Part shown: piece after piece, positions 1-15,423 of the stretch
How positions within the stretch are numbered: the first letter of the stretch is position 1
Layout: each line of letters starts with the position of its first letter
NCBI GenBank assembly: GCA_012295275.1
Contig: CM022671.1
Location: 30,628,001 to 30,692,000 of the forward strand
Direction: 5' to 3'
Origin: Chrysomallon squamiferum
Lineage: Eukaryota; Animalia; Mollusca
Length of the DNA: 64,000 nucleotides
Notes under the pieces: model-generated
Databases searched by the model: none
What the model was told of the DNA's origin: nothing
Seen by the model: only the letters and a program-made list of their open reading frames with translations
Position numbers and translations under genes: made by a program

Positions 1-156
1 GTTCAAACTGGCTTAAGACCGTCGCTGTCTCTCAGTGACAAGCCGCCCGCCGACTGGATGAATCTGATCAAAAAGGCGTGGCACATCGAACCATCAGAAC
101 GCCCGGATGTGGACCAAATGTTGAACTTCTTCCGTAACTTTCTAGATAAGAAGTGA
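1..156 (+). CDS. Protein kinase, C-terminal end (subdomains X-XI; TKL/tyrosine-kinase-like), 5' part outside the window
   Basis: Frame +1 from base 1 reads VQTGLRPSLSLSDKPPADWMNLIKKAWHIEPSERPDVDQMLNFFRNFLDKK*, matching the GxRP...L(I/M)xx(C/A)WxxxPxxRP motif of kinase subdomains X-XI. TGA at 154-156 is followed by AT-rich 3'UTR-like sequence. Not in the ORF track. Confidence 0.85.
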   Translation, partial: VQTGLRPSLSLSDKPPADWMNLIKKAWHIEPSERPDVDQMLNFFRNFLDKK

Positions 157-994
157 ATATACGTACAAACATACGGAACTTTCAAAGCATTAAATATATG
201 ACTGTGTTCTGAAAGATGTTTATTTTGATTGTAGCGTGATGATAACAGATTTGGTTTATTTTTCAAGAAACTTAAAATCATAAATATTTTGCTCAATTTT
301 TAATTTTAGTTAATTTATTTTGTTGAATTTTACCACTGAAAGTATTTCACTGCATAAAAATGAAAACTAACTAAATCACAAATGCTGATTTATTTATTTT
401 TTTAAATCTTTTAAACAATAGTATTAATGTTATTATTTACTCAAGAAAAACTAACAAAGAGGGATATTGCTTTTATAAATATCTAACCTTTTTATATTTA
501 TATTAACAAATTTAATTTTGTTATAATATGCATTATTGAAATTGCTTTGATTTTGTTACTCTGCACAAAATGGAAATGGTTTCGTTTTTCGTCTATTATA
601 TGATCCATACTTATCAAATAAAATAAAACAATAATAACCTGTTAAATCATTATTGTTATGTAAAAGTACTGCCAAAGCCACAATAAGAGGAACAAATATA
701 AAAAGAAGAAGAAAAAAAGGTACTTCTACTACTACTACTACTACTAAATAAATAAATTATTCAGTACTTACAAATGTATGTGGGTAATCTTGTCTTTTAC
801 GATTTTGTTTTTCTTTATTTCAACACAACATGGATTGTAACAGTCGAGTCTAACTTCTGAAAACTCAATAAATTACAGAGGTGTTCTTATTATAGTCTTT
901 TGTTTTTAGTGACTGAAATTGGTTTTAATATTAACAAATATAAGGTGTGTATGTATGTATGTATGTATGTATGTATTTATGTATTTATCTATCG

Positions 995-1167
995 TGTGTA
1001 CGTCTGAATAGACTCTGCACATAGACAATATTCGGGAACGCACTGGCGCAGGAGGACAAAGTTCAATCACGACCTCAGAAAACCCGTCATAGGCCGCTGA
1101 CGAGACTCGAACATTTGGCACGTATTCGCCCGAACGGTGTTACCGTGCGGCCATTGAGACAATCTTC
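995..1167 (-). mobile_element. tRNA-derived SINE copy 1
   Basis: The reverse complement aligns with 8940-9129 and 22830-23013 (shared core GTCTCGTCAGCGGC...GAGGTCGTGA...CTTTGTCCTCCTGCGCCAG...CGTTCCCGAATATTG). B-box-like GTTCGAGTC; (CATA)n tail. Confidence 0.75.
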
Positions 1168-1899
1168 GTATGTATGTAGATGTGTAGGTAGATATGATGT
1201 AGGTATGTGTATATGTATTGTCTCTTTGTATTGTCACGTAGCATGTATTTCTGTCTAACTATCTATCAGACTGTCTGTATGATTTGTCATGCCTTATGAA
1301 TAATTAAAGAAAAACAAACGCATCTGGGAACCTTCCAAATTATTACCCTGTGGTACCTTTTAACTTGATTATCTTTTCTCTCTCTCAACCTAAATTATCT
1401 TTTGTGTTTGCATTTTTATAGTATTTCACCAATGAAATATAATTTATTCAGGCGTGTCGCATATATGAATACGGTTCACTAAATGAAACTGTCGCCAGCT
1501 CTACTCAGTTTCGAATCACGTGTAATTTTTACAAGTACATCTTGCAGCCAGACGTGACGAATACATGTTTTAAATGATGAAATTGTGACGTAAAGGGATC
1601 GAGGAATTTAAACTAAAATCTTTTAAAAGTTATAATATATCCTTAAATGTACAATGGCTTTCTGCATTACATTACAATTTTTTCCAGATCTTATCGTAAA
1701 CTGAACCACTTCAGTTTTCCATTACCACAGCGCTGATCTGTAAAGGTTGATTTTTAAAGTATCATGAATAGAAGAGACCAGTTGTTTCATTAAGGCTGTA
1801 CAAACAGAGCTATGTGCAGCAGGATCATTTTGTTAATACAGTCACATTGTCACAGTTTGAGGCAACAAAAATAAAACTTGACGGGGCTCGTTGAAATAC

Positions 1900-2530
1900 C
1901 ATATGTCATATCACAGGTCAACTCTGTATATCACAGGACAACACTATATCATAGGACAACATTGTATGTCACAGGACAACACTATATCATAGGACAACAC
2001 ATGTCATAGGACAACATTGTATACCATAGGACAACATTGTATATCACAGGACAACACTGCATATTATAGGACAACATTGAAAATCATAGGAAAACACTAT
2101 GTCATAGAATAACATTATATCACAGACAACACTGTATATCATAGGACAACATTGAAAATCATAGGAAAAAAAGATGTCATAGAATAACAAATATCACAGA
2201 CAACACTGTATATCACAGGACAACACTGATATCATAAGATAACACTGTATATAAATCATAACAGGCCAACACTGTATATCATAACACTATATATTATAAG
2301 AGAACATTGTATGTCAAAGGATAACATTGTATGTCACAGGACAACACTGTATATCATAGAACAACACTGTATATCATAAAAAAAAACCCACTCTATATGA
2401 TAGGATAACACTATATGTCTTGGGACAACACTATAATCATAGGACAACACTGTATATCATAGGATAACATTGTGTATCATAGTACAGCACTGTGTATTAG
2501 GGCAACACTGTATATCATAGGACAGTATTT
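1900..2530. repeat. ~20-bp minisatellite (TATATCATAGGACAACACTG-like)
   Basis: Many degenerate tandem copies of tatatcaYaggacaacaYtg are visible. Confidence 0.9.
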
Positions 2531-2639
2531 TATAGAATAATACTGAATAGATAGACAGGTGGATAAACAATTGAATAAATATTTAGCAGTCACTTCCAAC
2601 AACAATGATAAAAATAAAATAAGGAAAATTATACAAAAA

Positions 2640-2662
2640 TGTTAATAATAATGTTAATAATG

Positions 2663-2705
<43 letters not shown>

Positions 2706-2739
2706 TAATAATAATAATAACAATAACAATAACAATAAC

Positions 2740-2779
<40 letters not shown>

Positions 2780-2800
2780 TATAATAACAATAAATAAATT
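2640..2800. repeat. (TAA/CAA)n microsatellite
   Basis: Direct inspection. Confidence 0.9.
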
Positions 2801-3649
2801 AACAAAAGAAAGAAAGAAAAAGAAAGAAAGAAAAAAAAAAAACGATAAGAAAAAAAGGCCCTCACCATGATCCTCTACATTGACCCCCCAAACAAAACGT
2901 CCCCAACAACCGCCCGCCCAAATGTTTTTTAGGAAAAAGCTTAAATTATAATGATTAAGCGATTTTTAATACATCTGTGACATAATACATACCATTTACA
3001 CAATTATATGCACAAACTGAAAAGATAGGAACACGACACACAATCTGCGTAACATTACTTGACTCCTATTGACAAAATGCATGTTGAAACACATTGTTGT
3101 ATAAATTGCTTCTGAATTACAAACTGCGGGTGCACTGAGTTCAATACATTAACTAGACCCGTTCATTTAGAATCATGACAGTTGCCTATCTTCAGATTCA
3201 TGGGAGATATGCGCCAACTAAAAAAAAACAAAATACAACATGGCTCATTGAAATATCATAACCCATATCACAGGTCAAATACATATATATATATCTATAT
3301 ATATATATATCGTTTTCATACATACATACATGCATGCATCTATCTATCTATGTACGTACGTACGTATGTACTATGTATGTATGTATGTATTTATGTATGT
3401 AAGAAAACGATACACAGCTGTTTGAAGCATAGAAATATAAGCAGTGCTCTTTTTTTTTTTTTTTTTTTTTCACAGCTAGTACTCGATAAAAAGATAATTA
3501 CTGTTTAAAATCAGTTCAATTTTTCATCGTTGGTTTTGAATAGTGTTAAGTGTGGGATATTTGAACAATCATGCATGAAAGTTTAATTTTGTTTTAAATT
3601 AAAAAGTCATTCCTACTTTCGTGTCATTCTGAAACCTTCGATAATATTT

Positions 3650-4070
3650 TTCATGATTACTGTAGAGTAATTAATAATGTAATATAATTGTTCATGACGT
3701 ATCATTAATATCGTAGTAGTATCACTGACATTGCAGTCTCATAATTGAAAATGTATTATTCATACTGTAGTATCATTAATATGGTAATATCTTTAATATT
3801 GTACTACCATTTATACTGTAGTATCATTAATACTGAAATATCTTTAATAGTATAGTATCGTTAATACTGTAATGTCATTTATAGTGTAGTATCATTACTA
3901 CTGTAGCATTAGTTCTGCTGCAGAATAATTAATATCGTTAATATTACAGTATCGTCAATAGTGTAATATTATTAATATTGTAGTGTCATTTATACTGTAT
4001 TATCGTTACTGCTCTACTATCAGTTTTATTTGCAGAATCATTGATATTGTTAATATTGTAGTATTATTAT
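3650..4070. repeat. Degenerate ~17-bp minisatellite (TACTGTAGTATCATTAA-like)
   Basis: Recurrent tactgtagtatcattaa variants. Confidence 0.75.
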
Positions 4071-4291
4071 ACCGTTCTTGAAAAAACAAGAATGAAGTCA
4101 GAACGAGGCTTTAGCATATATATAACTTTGAAAAGAACTGACCGATCGTCGAAGTGAACAATTAAAATACTGCAATAAACCGATTTTCCATTTTGTATAT
4201 ATTAGGTCAATGTGGTTTACTATTTATACTATTTCATAGCCAACATGTATATATAAAAAATACTGTATATTACAGTAGTATATTTTTCAAA

Positions 4292-4640
4292 ATGGCTACC
4301 TACATGAACTTGTTTCGGTCAATGGTTGCTGTAGCATTCATAGTTGCTGGTGAGAATCATATATTAACAGTTTGTTGGTGTTGTTGGTTTCTGCTGCTGT
4401 GACAGTCGTAGCTATAGTGAATATAATAATAATTAACTGTGGTTATGAAGAACTGTAAATTGTTTGTGCTGTGTTAGCAAAACGGAACCTTACCTGCTGT
4501 GATGTTGTCTTTGTTGTTGTTGTTGTTGCTGTAGTCGTGCTATTTTTTGCCGTGGTAGCGTTAATAACTGTAGTAAAAGAAAGTGTAATGGTTTTAGTCA
4601 AATGTTTACTATATTACTTTTGAAATAGTAATAGAAATAC

Positions 4641-4681
<41 letters not shown>

Positions 4682-5335
4682 ATGGTATTAGTTTTAGTGG
4701 AGGTGGTCGTAGTAGTACTGGCAGCAAAATGAGGAGTATTAGTTTAGTGGTATGAAGGTAATGGTACTAGCGTTTGAAGTAGTAATATTAGTAGTAGTAG
4801 CAGTGACGGTACTATAGGGTAAATAGTCAATAATGGTCGTAGTTCTAGTAGTAGTAATAGTAGTACTAGTAATAGTAATAATAATAACAATAATAGTAAT
4901 ATCAGTAATAACAACAGTAATAGTAGCAGTAGTAGTAGTAGTAGTTGTAGTGGTTGTGGTGGTGGTGGCTAAGGCGCTGATGTTTGTAGTAATAATAAAA
5001 GTGGTATTAGTACGCATAAATATAGTTGGTGTAGCCGGTTATGATGGTAGTACTAGTAGTACTAAATCTTGGTGATATGGTAGTAAACAATGATATAGCT
5101 TAATACCTCACTTTGTTCTAGTAAGCCATTTTGGGCATATGTCTACAGGATTAATGTCGTATTTTGAATGATTTTGAACAGACTGTATATTTTAAAAACA
5201 ATCCATCGAATTTTATTTAATCTAAAGAACGATCTTTTCAAAAATTCCATAATGGTATTATTGTATACGGTATTGAAAGTAAATATTATCTCAAATCCTT
5301 GTATGAAGTGGCCTGATAATGGCATAAGTACCATA

Positions 5336-5407
<72 letters not shown>

Positions 5408-5479
5408 TATGACGATGATAATAATCAAAATGAAAATAATAATAATAAATAATAATAATAATTATAATAAATAATAATG

Positions 5480-5511
<32 letters not shown>

Positions 5512-5629
5512 TAATAATTATAATAATAAAAAATAATAATAAATAATAATAATAATCATAATAAATAATAATAATCATCACCATAATAAATAATCATAAT
5601 AATCATCATCATAATAATAATAATAAAAA

Positions 5630-5660
<31 letters not shown>

Positions 5661-5834
5661 CACATAAGTGTATACTCCAGTGAGATCAGCTCTGCAGTGT
5701 TATCAGGATGTGAACACAACAGTTACCTGTGACAGTGGCTGCTGTGGACAGTCTTCAGCGCAGTACTGTTGTACTGGGTCGTTAAGGTACGTTCTCCTGT
5801 CTTATTTTCAAGTTAAAAGTACGTAAGTGATATT

Positions 5835-5930
<96 letters not shown>

Positions 5931-7599
5931 ACAAAAAGTAAAATATATTAAAATGTAAATAAGAAAGAAAAACAAACAAACAAAATAAACAACAGCCAGT
6001 TTGACAAATGTACGTAAGACTGCTAGATAAGAAGATCGATACAAAATACATACATACATACATACAGATGTATATATATAAAGACAAACATATATATTAT
6101 ACGTTAACATAGATCAGACATACATACAAACACATAGGTAGGGAGACAGACAGATCAGTGGATATACATAGACAGACTGACAGATAGTTTATAATACACG
6201 TATGCAATATTTCAGCAGTTTTGAAAACAATACTAAAATGACTAGAAACTCAGTACATCGTCAGGAAACAAAAATTTAAATTTATCTTCTGTTTAGATTC
6301 TTTCATTTGCCTTCGCATCTCTTGAAATATGTTCTGCCTGTTTTATCACGGACCTAATATGCTTCTCAATACATCTCTGCTATTTCTGTAAGTTAAACTT
6401 TCACGTGAAGCAAATTATCACAATAATTCTAGACTCTTAAAGCTGTTTGTCTGTCATTATTCATCGAAAGTTATATTTTTCAGAATGGACACTTTGATTC
6501 TAGTCGTTGTCGTAGTCGTAACGGTGATGTGTATAGCTGCCGCTGCTACAGTGTGCTGTGTGTGTACAAGACGGTTCTCTGGTAAAAGGGAATTAAAAAG
6601 GGGACACGCGAGGGATACTAACATTGTTATATTATATGCAGGTACAAAGACGTGTTTTTTTATATGTATATAGTTCATTTATTTTATTATTTTAAAATTA
6701 TTTTGTTCAAAAGTCAGGTTATGGTGATTTTAATTTATACATTAGTGAATGTAATCATTAAATGGCTCATTAAACATGTTTTCCCGCTTTATTTACACAT
6801 TTAAGTTTTTACCAGGCTGAAAAACATAATAAATTTCTGGATGGTTCTTAAAAACAGACAGAAATCTCTGAGTAGCGAAACTGATTTAACAAGGAAATGT
6901 GCATGTTTACTTACGTTCAATAGTCATCATTGTTAATGCCTTGGTCACAGCAGGCATCATTTTCATCATCATCATCATCATCATCGACTTCGGCGTAATT
7001 TTATGCTACAAATAATGAAGATGAGATCAGTCATGGACGTTAGAGATATCCATAAGTTTCAAAAATTTTGATATTAAGATATTTATAGTGTAACTTTTCT
7101 CTCAGGCGAAATTCAACAAATGATTCCTCTCGTCAAACCAGATTCTCAACGACCTTCGCTGGAAATACAGCCATTTGATATGTGTGACTTGCCAACACCG
7201 CTGCAACCACCACTACGCTCAGAAAACTCGAAGACTTTAACAAATCCTGGTGCTCTCTCAAACCAGAAAGGACTGGATTCTAGCAGAGCGAACATCTCAC
7301 AAAAAAAAATTGCTTGGGTATCAGAAGTTTCGCTATGCGCTGATCAGAGCAAGTCTGGTGATAATACTCTGACGTCTAAAACGCTTTCTGGAGATTCTAG
7401 AAGAACGCTGACAGAGGCACAAGAAAACCGTGCAGTCCCAGTCGATGGCAACGAAGCTGAGAGTCTGCAGCGTGCAGTCAAACCGGCTTGGACACAGCCT
7501 TGTCCTGGTGATCAAAGCGTAAACGCCATTTCTTTTATTGACAAGAAAAGGAAAAAGAATCGAGTGAAAGTAAAATTTGATGATAGACGAAGAACATGA
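4292..7599 (+). CDS. Shisa/CYYR1/WBP1-like single-pass membrane protein with a small Cys-rich ectodomain (~251 aa, 4 exons)
   Basis: Exons 4292-4349 (signal peptide MATYMNLFRSMVAVAFIVA, donor gtgaga), 5681-5786 (RSALQCYQDVNTTVTCDSGCCGQSSAQYCCTGSL, C-C-CCG-YCC pattern), 6484-6581 (TM LILVVVVVVTVMCIAAAATV then CCVC; an alternative in-phase donor follows 6641) and 7106-7599 (cytoplasmic tail). All junctions are GT-AG with consistent phases 1/2/1. Confidence 0.8.
4630..5070. repeat. (TAG/GTA)n low-complexity intronic repeat
   Basis: Explains the poly-V and poly-T ORFs in the track. Confidence 0.8.
5335..5658. repeat. (TAA)n microsatellite
   Basis: Direct inspection. Confidence 0.9.
5842..5925. 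repeat. (GA)n microsatellite
   Basis: Direct inspection; similar tracts at 7708-7783, 10738-10832 and 14321-14442. Confidence 0.95.
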
Positions 7600-7704
7600 T
7601 GATATTTGTATCAGTTTAAGAGGCGCAGAAAATAAAATTACCTTGTGGATTAATCTATAAGACAGATGTTTTTAATATTATATGAATTCAGTAATTCTAT
7701 ATCT

Positions 7705-7793
<89 letters not shown>

Positions 7794-8708
7794 ATTATTT
7801 AAAACTGAAAAGTACTGTTTAATGATAGAGAGAAAAAAACAGAGCTACAGACAAAAAAAGAAAAATGAGTCTGCAATATAAAAGACATTGTGAAAAATTG
7901 AAAAATAGAAAAATACAGAGACGGTGAGTTAGAAAGGAAAGAGGGAGGATTTTTACAAAATTAATAAAGTAAATATAAAAAATAAATTAAACGTAATTAA
8001 AAAAAAAAATAAAAAAAAATAAAAAAAAAAAATATATCTGTATATGTATGTGTATGTGTCTCTGTGTGTGTGTGTGTATATGTGTGTATGTGTGTGTGTA
8101 TGTATGTGTGTGAGAGCATTTATATATAAACAGAGAAATAGAGAGATAAGTGTATAGATTTATAAATAAATATACGTACATAAACTTTGAAAGATAAATT
8201 ATATGCTTTTATTATCTATTCAAACTGGTTAACCTGATATAAATTAAAACTAGTTCAGTTTTATTATATTATTATTACCCTTTTCTAGACGGATACTCTA
8301 CAATACTCTGAGCACTCGTTAATTCAGGATTTGAGTCACACGTCCTATCACAGAACGACAAAGAAAAAAATAAAGAAAATTCCTTTTTGTCAATTACAAA
8401 CAATCGTAAATAACTAATAAATAACTAAAGCGTGGAAACAACATCATCTATGACGCTACGAAAAGAAAGATTGCGGATGTTAACCCATACGAATCAAGCC
8501 AACCATTACCACCAGTTCTTGTTAGCATTCTTCAATTCGGAGAAAGTAAATTACTGCGTCGGTGAACATGGTCTACATAAACACAGTGTTTTGTTATCGT
8601 GATTATTCTGTAATATAAAAGAGTTGCAAGGGGAAAGTTTTAATGGGTTATCCAGAGTATGAGGATGTTTTATATGATCAGGATGAGAAACATTTTACTT
8701 TTTTAATG

Positions 8709-8771
<63 letters not shown>

Positions 8772-8939
8772 CACACATACAATATACAAACACTCCTAAA
8801 GATACATTCACATTTACATACATAAGCACAGTCACACACGCACAGATACATGCATGCATACATACATACATACAGACAGACAGACAGACAGACAGACATA
8901 CATACATTCATACATACACACACATATACATTTAAAACA

Positions 8940-9100
8940 AGGTTGTCTCGCTGGCCGAACGATAACATCGTCCGCCTTGGAGTGCGGGAGAATGGGGTGT
9001 CATACGTTCAAGTCTCGTCAGCGGCATCTGACGGGTTTGTGAGGTCGTGATTGGACTTTGTCCTCCTGCGCCAGTGCGTTCCCGAATATTGTCTAAGTAC

Positions 9101-9129
<29 letters not shown>
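8940..9129 (+). mobile_element. tRNA-derived SINE copy 2
   Basis: A-box-like TGGCCGAACG (~8952) and B-box-like GTTCAAGTC (~9006), conserved core, and 3' end AGAGTCTAATCAGACGTACATAAGACAGA. Homologous to copies 1 and 3. Confidence 0.8.
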
Positions 9130-13065
<3,936 letters not shown>

Positions 13066-13510
13066 CGTATGCTTTTTTTCTTCTTAAATTAAATCTTCTG
13101 GCTAACTATAAAGACATTCTAAATCCGGTCTTGAAATCTTGCATCAAGAAGAGATTTTACGTTAGATAAGAAAATAGAGTAGTTGTAGTTACCTCCCTTA
13201 CGTTTGCTACGATGGCGGCTGCACGTTTGCTACAGTCAAATGCTACATTAAATTATTTAATTATTTTCACATAATATATTATTTCGTATTCACTTTATTT
13301 TAAAATTAGAGCGATTAGTAATTTTTTGAGTTTTACAATATCTCTAACTCTCTCTCTTTCTGTTCTTTGCTATAATAATAAATAAGAAAAGAAAAGTGAA
13401 TGAATATTTAACGACATCACATCTATCCATTACGAAAAATTGTTAGATGTAAAAAGTCATTTATATAATTATGGCATATAAAAACAACAACAAACAAAAA
13501 AAATATATAT

Positions 13511-13552
13511 AAAAATGAAAATGAAAATGAAAATGAAAATGAAAATGAAAAT

Positions 13553-13587
<35 letters not shown>

Positions 13588-13623
13588 TGAAAATGAAAAC
13601 GAAAATGAAAATGAAAATGAAAA
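13511..13623. repeat. (AAAATG/AAAACG)n hexamer repeat
   Basis: Direct inspection. Confidence 0.9.
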
Positions 13624-14317
13624 TAAAATAAATAAATAAAACCTAAAAAGAACCCATAAAAAGCACTCAAACACCATGAGCAACTCTACTGTATCGGCCT
13701 TCCAAGCACTGACACATGTAAATATTACAAAGACGCGAAAACAGGTTGGTCCTCAGAAGTCCCTTTGTGGATGAAAAAAAAAAAAAAAAAAAAAAAAAAA
13801 TAAAATAAAATAATAATCCGATAATGCGAATTGTATGAAGTTTTCGCAATTATTTTTCGTCCTCATTATCTCCCTTGCCAGTTACCTCCCAGAACGCAGG
13901 AAAATGCATCTCCTACATTCTACAATAACCTCCACAAAAAAACTCTTAACAACTTCTGCCCTTTGCGTCGTCATTTGTGCTCTTCCCCGTTCACAGTTTT
14001 GCGAACCGACCTGTTACATAGTGAAAACAATGACAAATATGTCTGTAAAGCCATTTAATTTAATATGAAAATATTTACAAACGAAGTCAGAATTCAACAT
14101 TACATTATAAATTGTTTCTTTGCATACTAAATATACACATAATTTCATAAAATTGCATAATGAATATATTTATAAACGAATTGGTATCTTCGTTACTATT
14201 TCATAAATAATTACACAGTAAATAAACGTATTTCATTTGGGTTTTGGGGTTTTGTATATAAATATAAAAAATGTTTTATACTGTATTGTAAGAGATTTGT
14301 GCATATTGCTTTAACAC

Positions 14318-14444
<127 letters not shown>

Positions 14445-14855
14445 CTAGTAATCGCATACAAAAGGTATTATTAAAACCATTTAAAAATCATCTGCATATA
14501 ATTAGCAGTAATGTATGAAAATACGACACTAATTTAATCTAAATCACATTTGATATGATTAAACTGACATTCAGTTATGTCAGTGCGTAGAAAAAAGCAT
14601 AATCTAACGAGTTTACGAAAGAAAACAACTGACGGATGATCAATAACAAGAAGGTTTTACAAGATTTAAGAAAGAGAGCATGTAGTTTCGTATGTTTGAA
14701 TGTATAACAATCTATTTTCTGACTACAAGAACAAGAACAGAAAAAAATAGAATAAAAATCGCCAAGTCATAACCAACAAATAATTTTAAAAAAACACAAA
14801 AACAAACAACAACAAAAGCACAAACAATAACAACAAAAATAATAACAACAACCAA

Positions 14856-14898
<43 letters not shown>

Positions 14899-15052
14899 GG
14901 AAAACATAATAAATATATAAAAAAACAAAAACAAAACAAAAACAAACAATTAATCTTTAAGCACCTTTTACTGTTTTATACCTGTAACTTTATTGTATGT
15001 CAGTGTTTGAACTACACCAGTGCGTTCTACAATGGTCACTAATTAACAACAT

Positions 15053-15320
15053 TCAGTTGCTCGTTTTCTCCTTTCTCACAGCAGTTGTGACGTGCTTAAC
15101 CTTGAGGGGGATTTTCAGTTGAATGTGTGAGAATTTTTGCCATTTTTTCCCCCTGCTCCCAGTCAAGTGTGGGTCCGGACCTTTGAGACCCTCTTTCTGG
15201 TAATGAGTGATAAGTTCCTTCAAATCCGTCGTCTCCTTTCCAGACGCGAAAATGTAAAAATAGACTTGGCGGTTGTACTCCTTCTGATGTATGACGTAAT
15301 GTCTTATTTCTCCAAGATGG
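15053..15320 (-). CDS. Last exon of the adaptor gene: C-terminal half of the SH2 domain
   Basis: HLGEIRHYVIHQKEYNRQVYFYIFASGKETTDLKELITHYQKEGL...IQLKIPLKV shows the SH2 betaD (RHYxI), alphaB (LxELIxHY) and betaG (LxxP) signatures. Acceptor ttattccag. Missing from the ORF track. Confidence 0.85.
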
Positions 15321-15342
15321 CTGGAATAAATAAATAGAAAGT

Positions 15343-15423
<81 letters not shown>

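Noticed and set aside
3-296. 97-aa minus-strand ORF
   Set aside because: Antisense shadow of the plus-strand kinase exon, which carries the recognisable motifs.
1900-2530. Regular short repeats superficially like a CRISPR array
   Set aside because: Head-to-tail degenerate units with no unique spacers, eukaryotic context and no cas genes.
4739-5452. Poly-T, poly-V and poly-N ORFs
   Set aside because: Translations of (TAG)n/(TAA)n microsatellites inside intron 1 of the Shisa-like gene.
13835-14068. 77-aa ORF with a signal-peptide-like start (MKFSQLFFVLIISLAS)
   Set aside because: No recognisable mature peptide or supporting exons, and an overlapping ORF of similar length exists. Cannot be excluded without RNA data.
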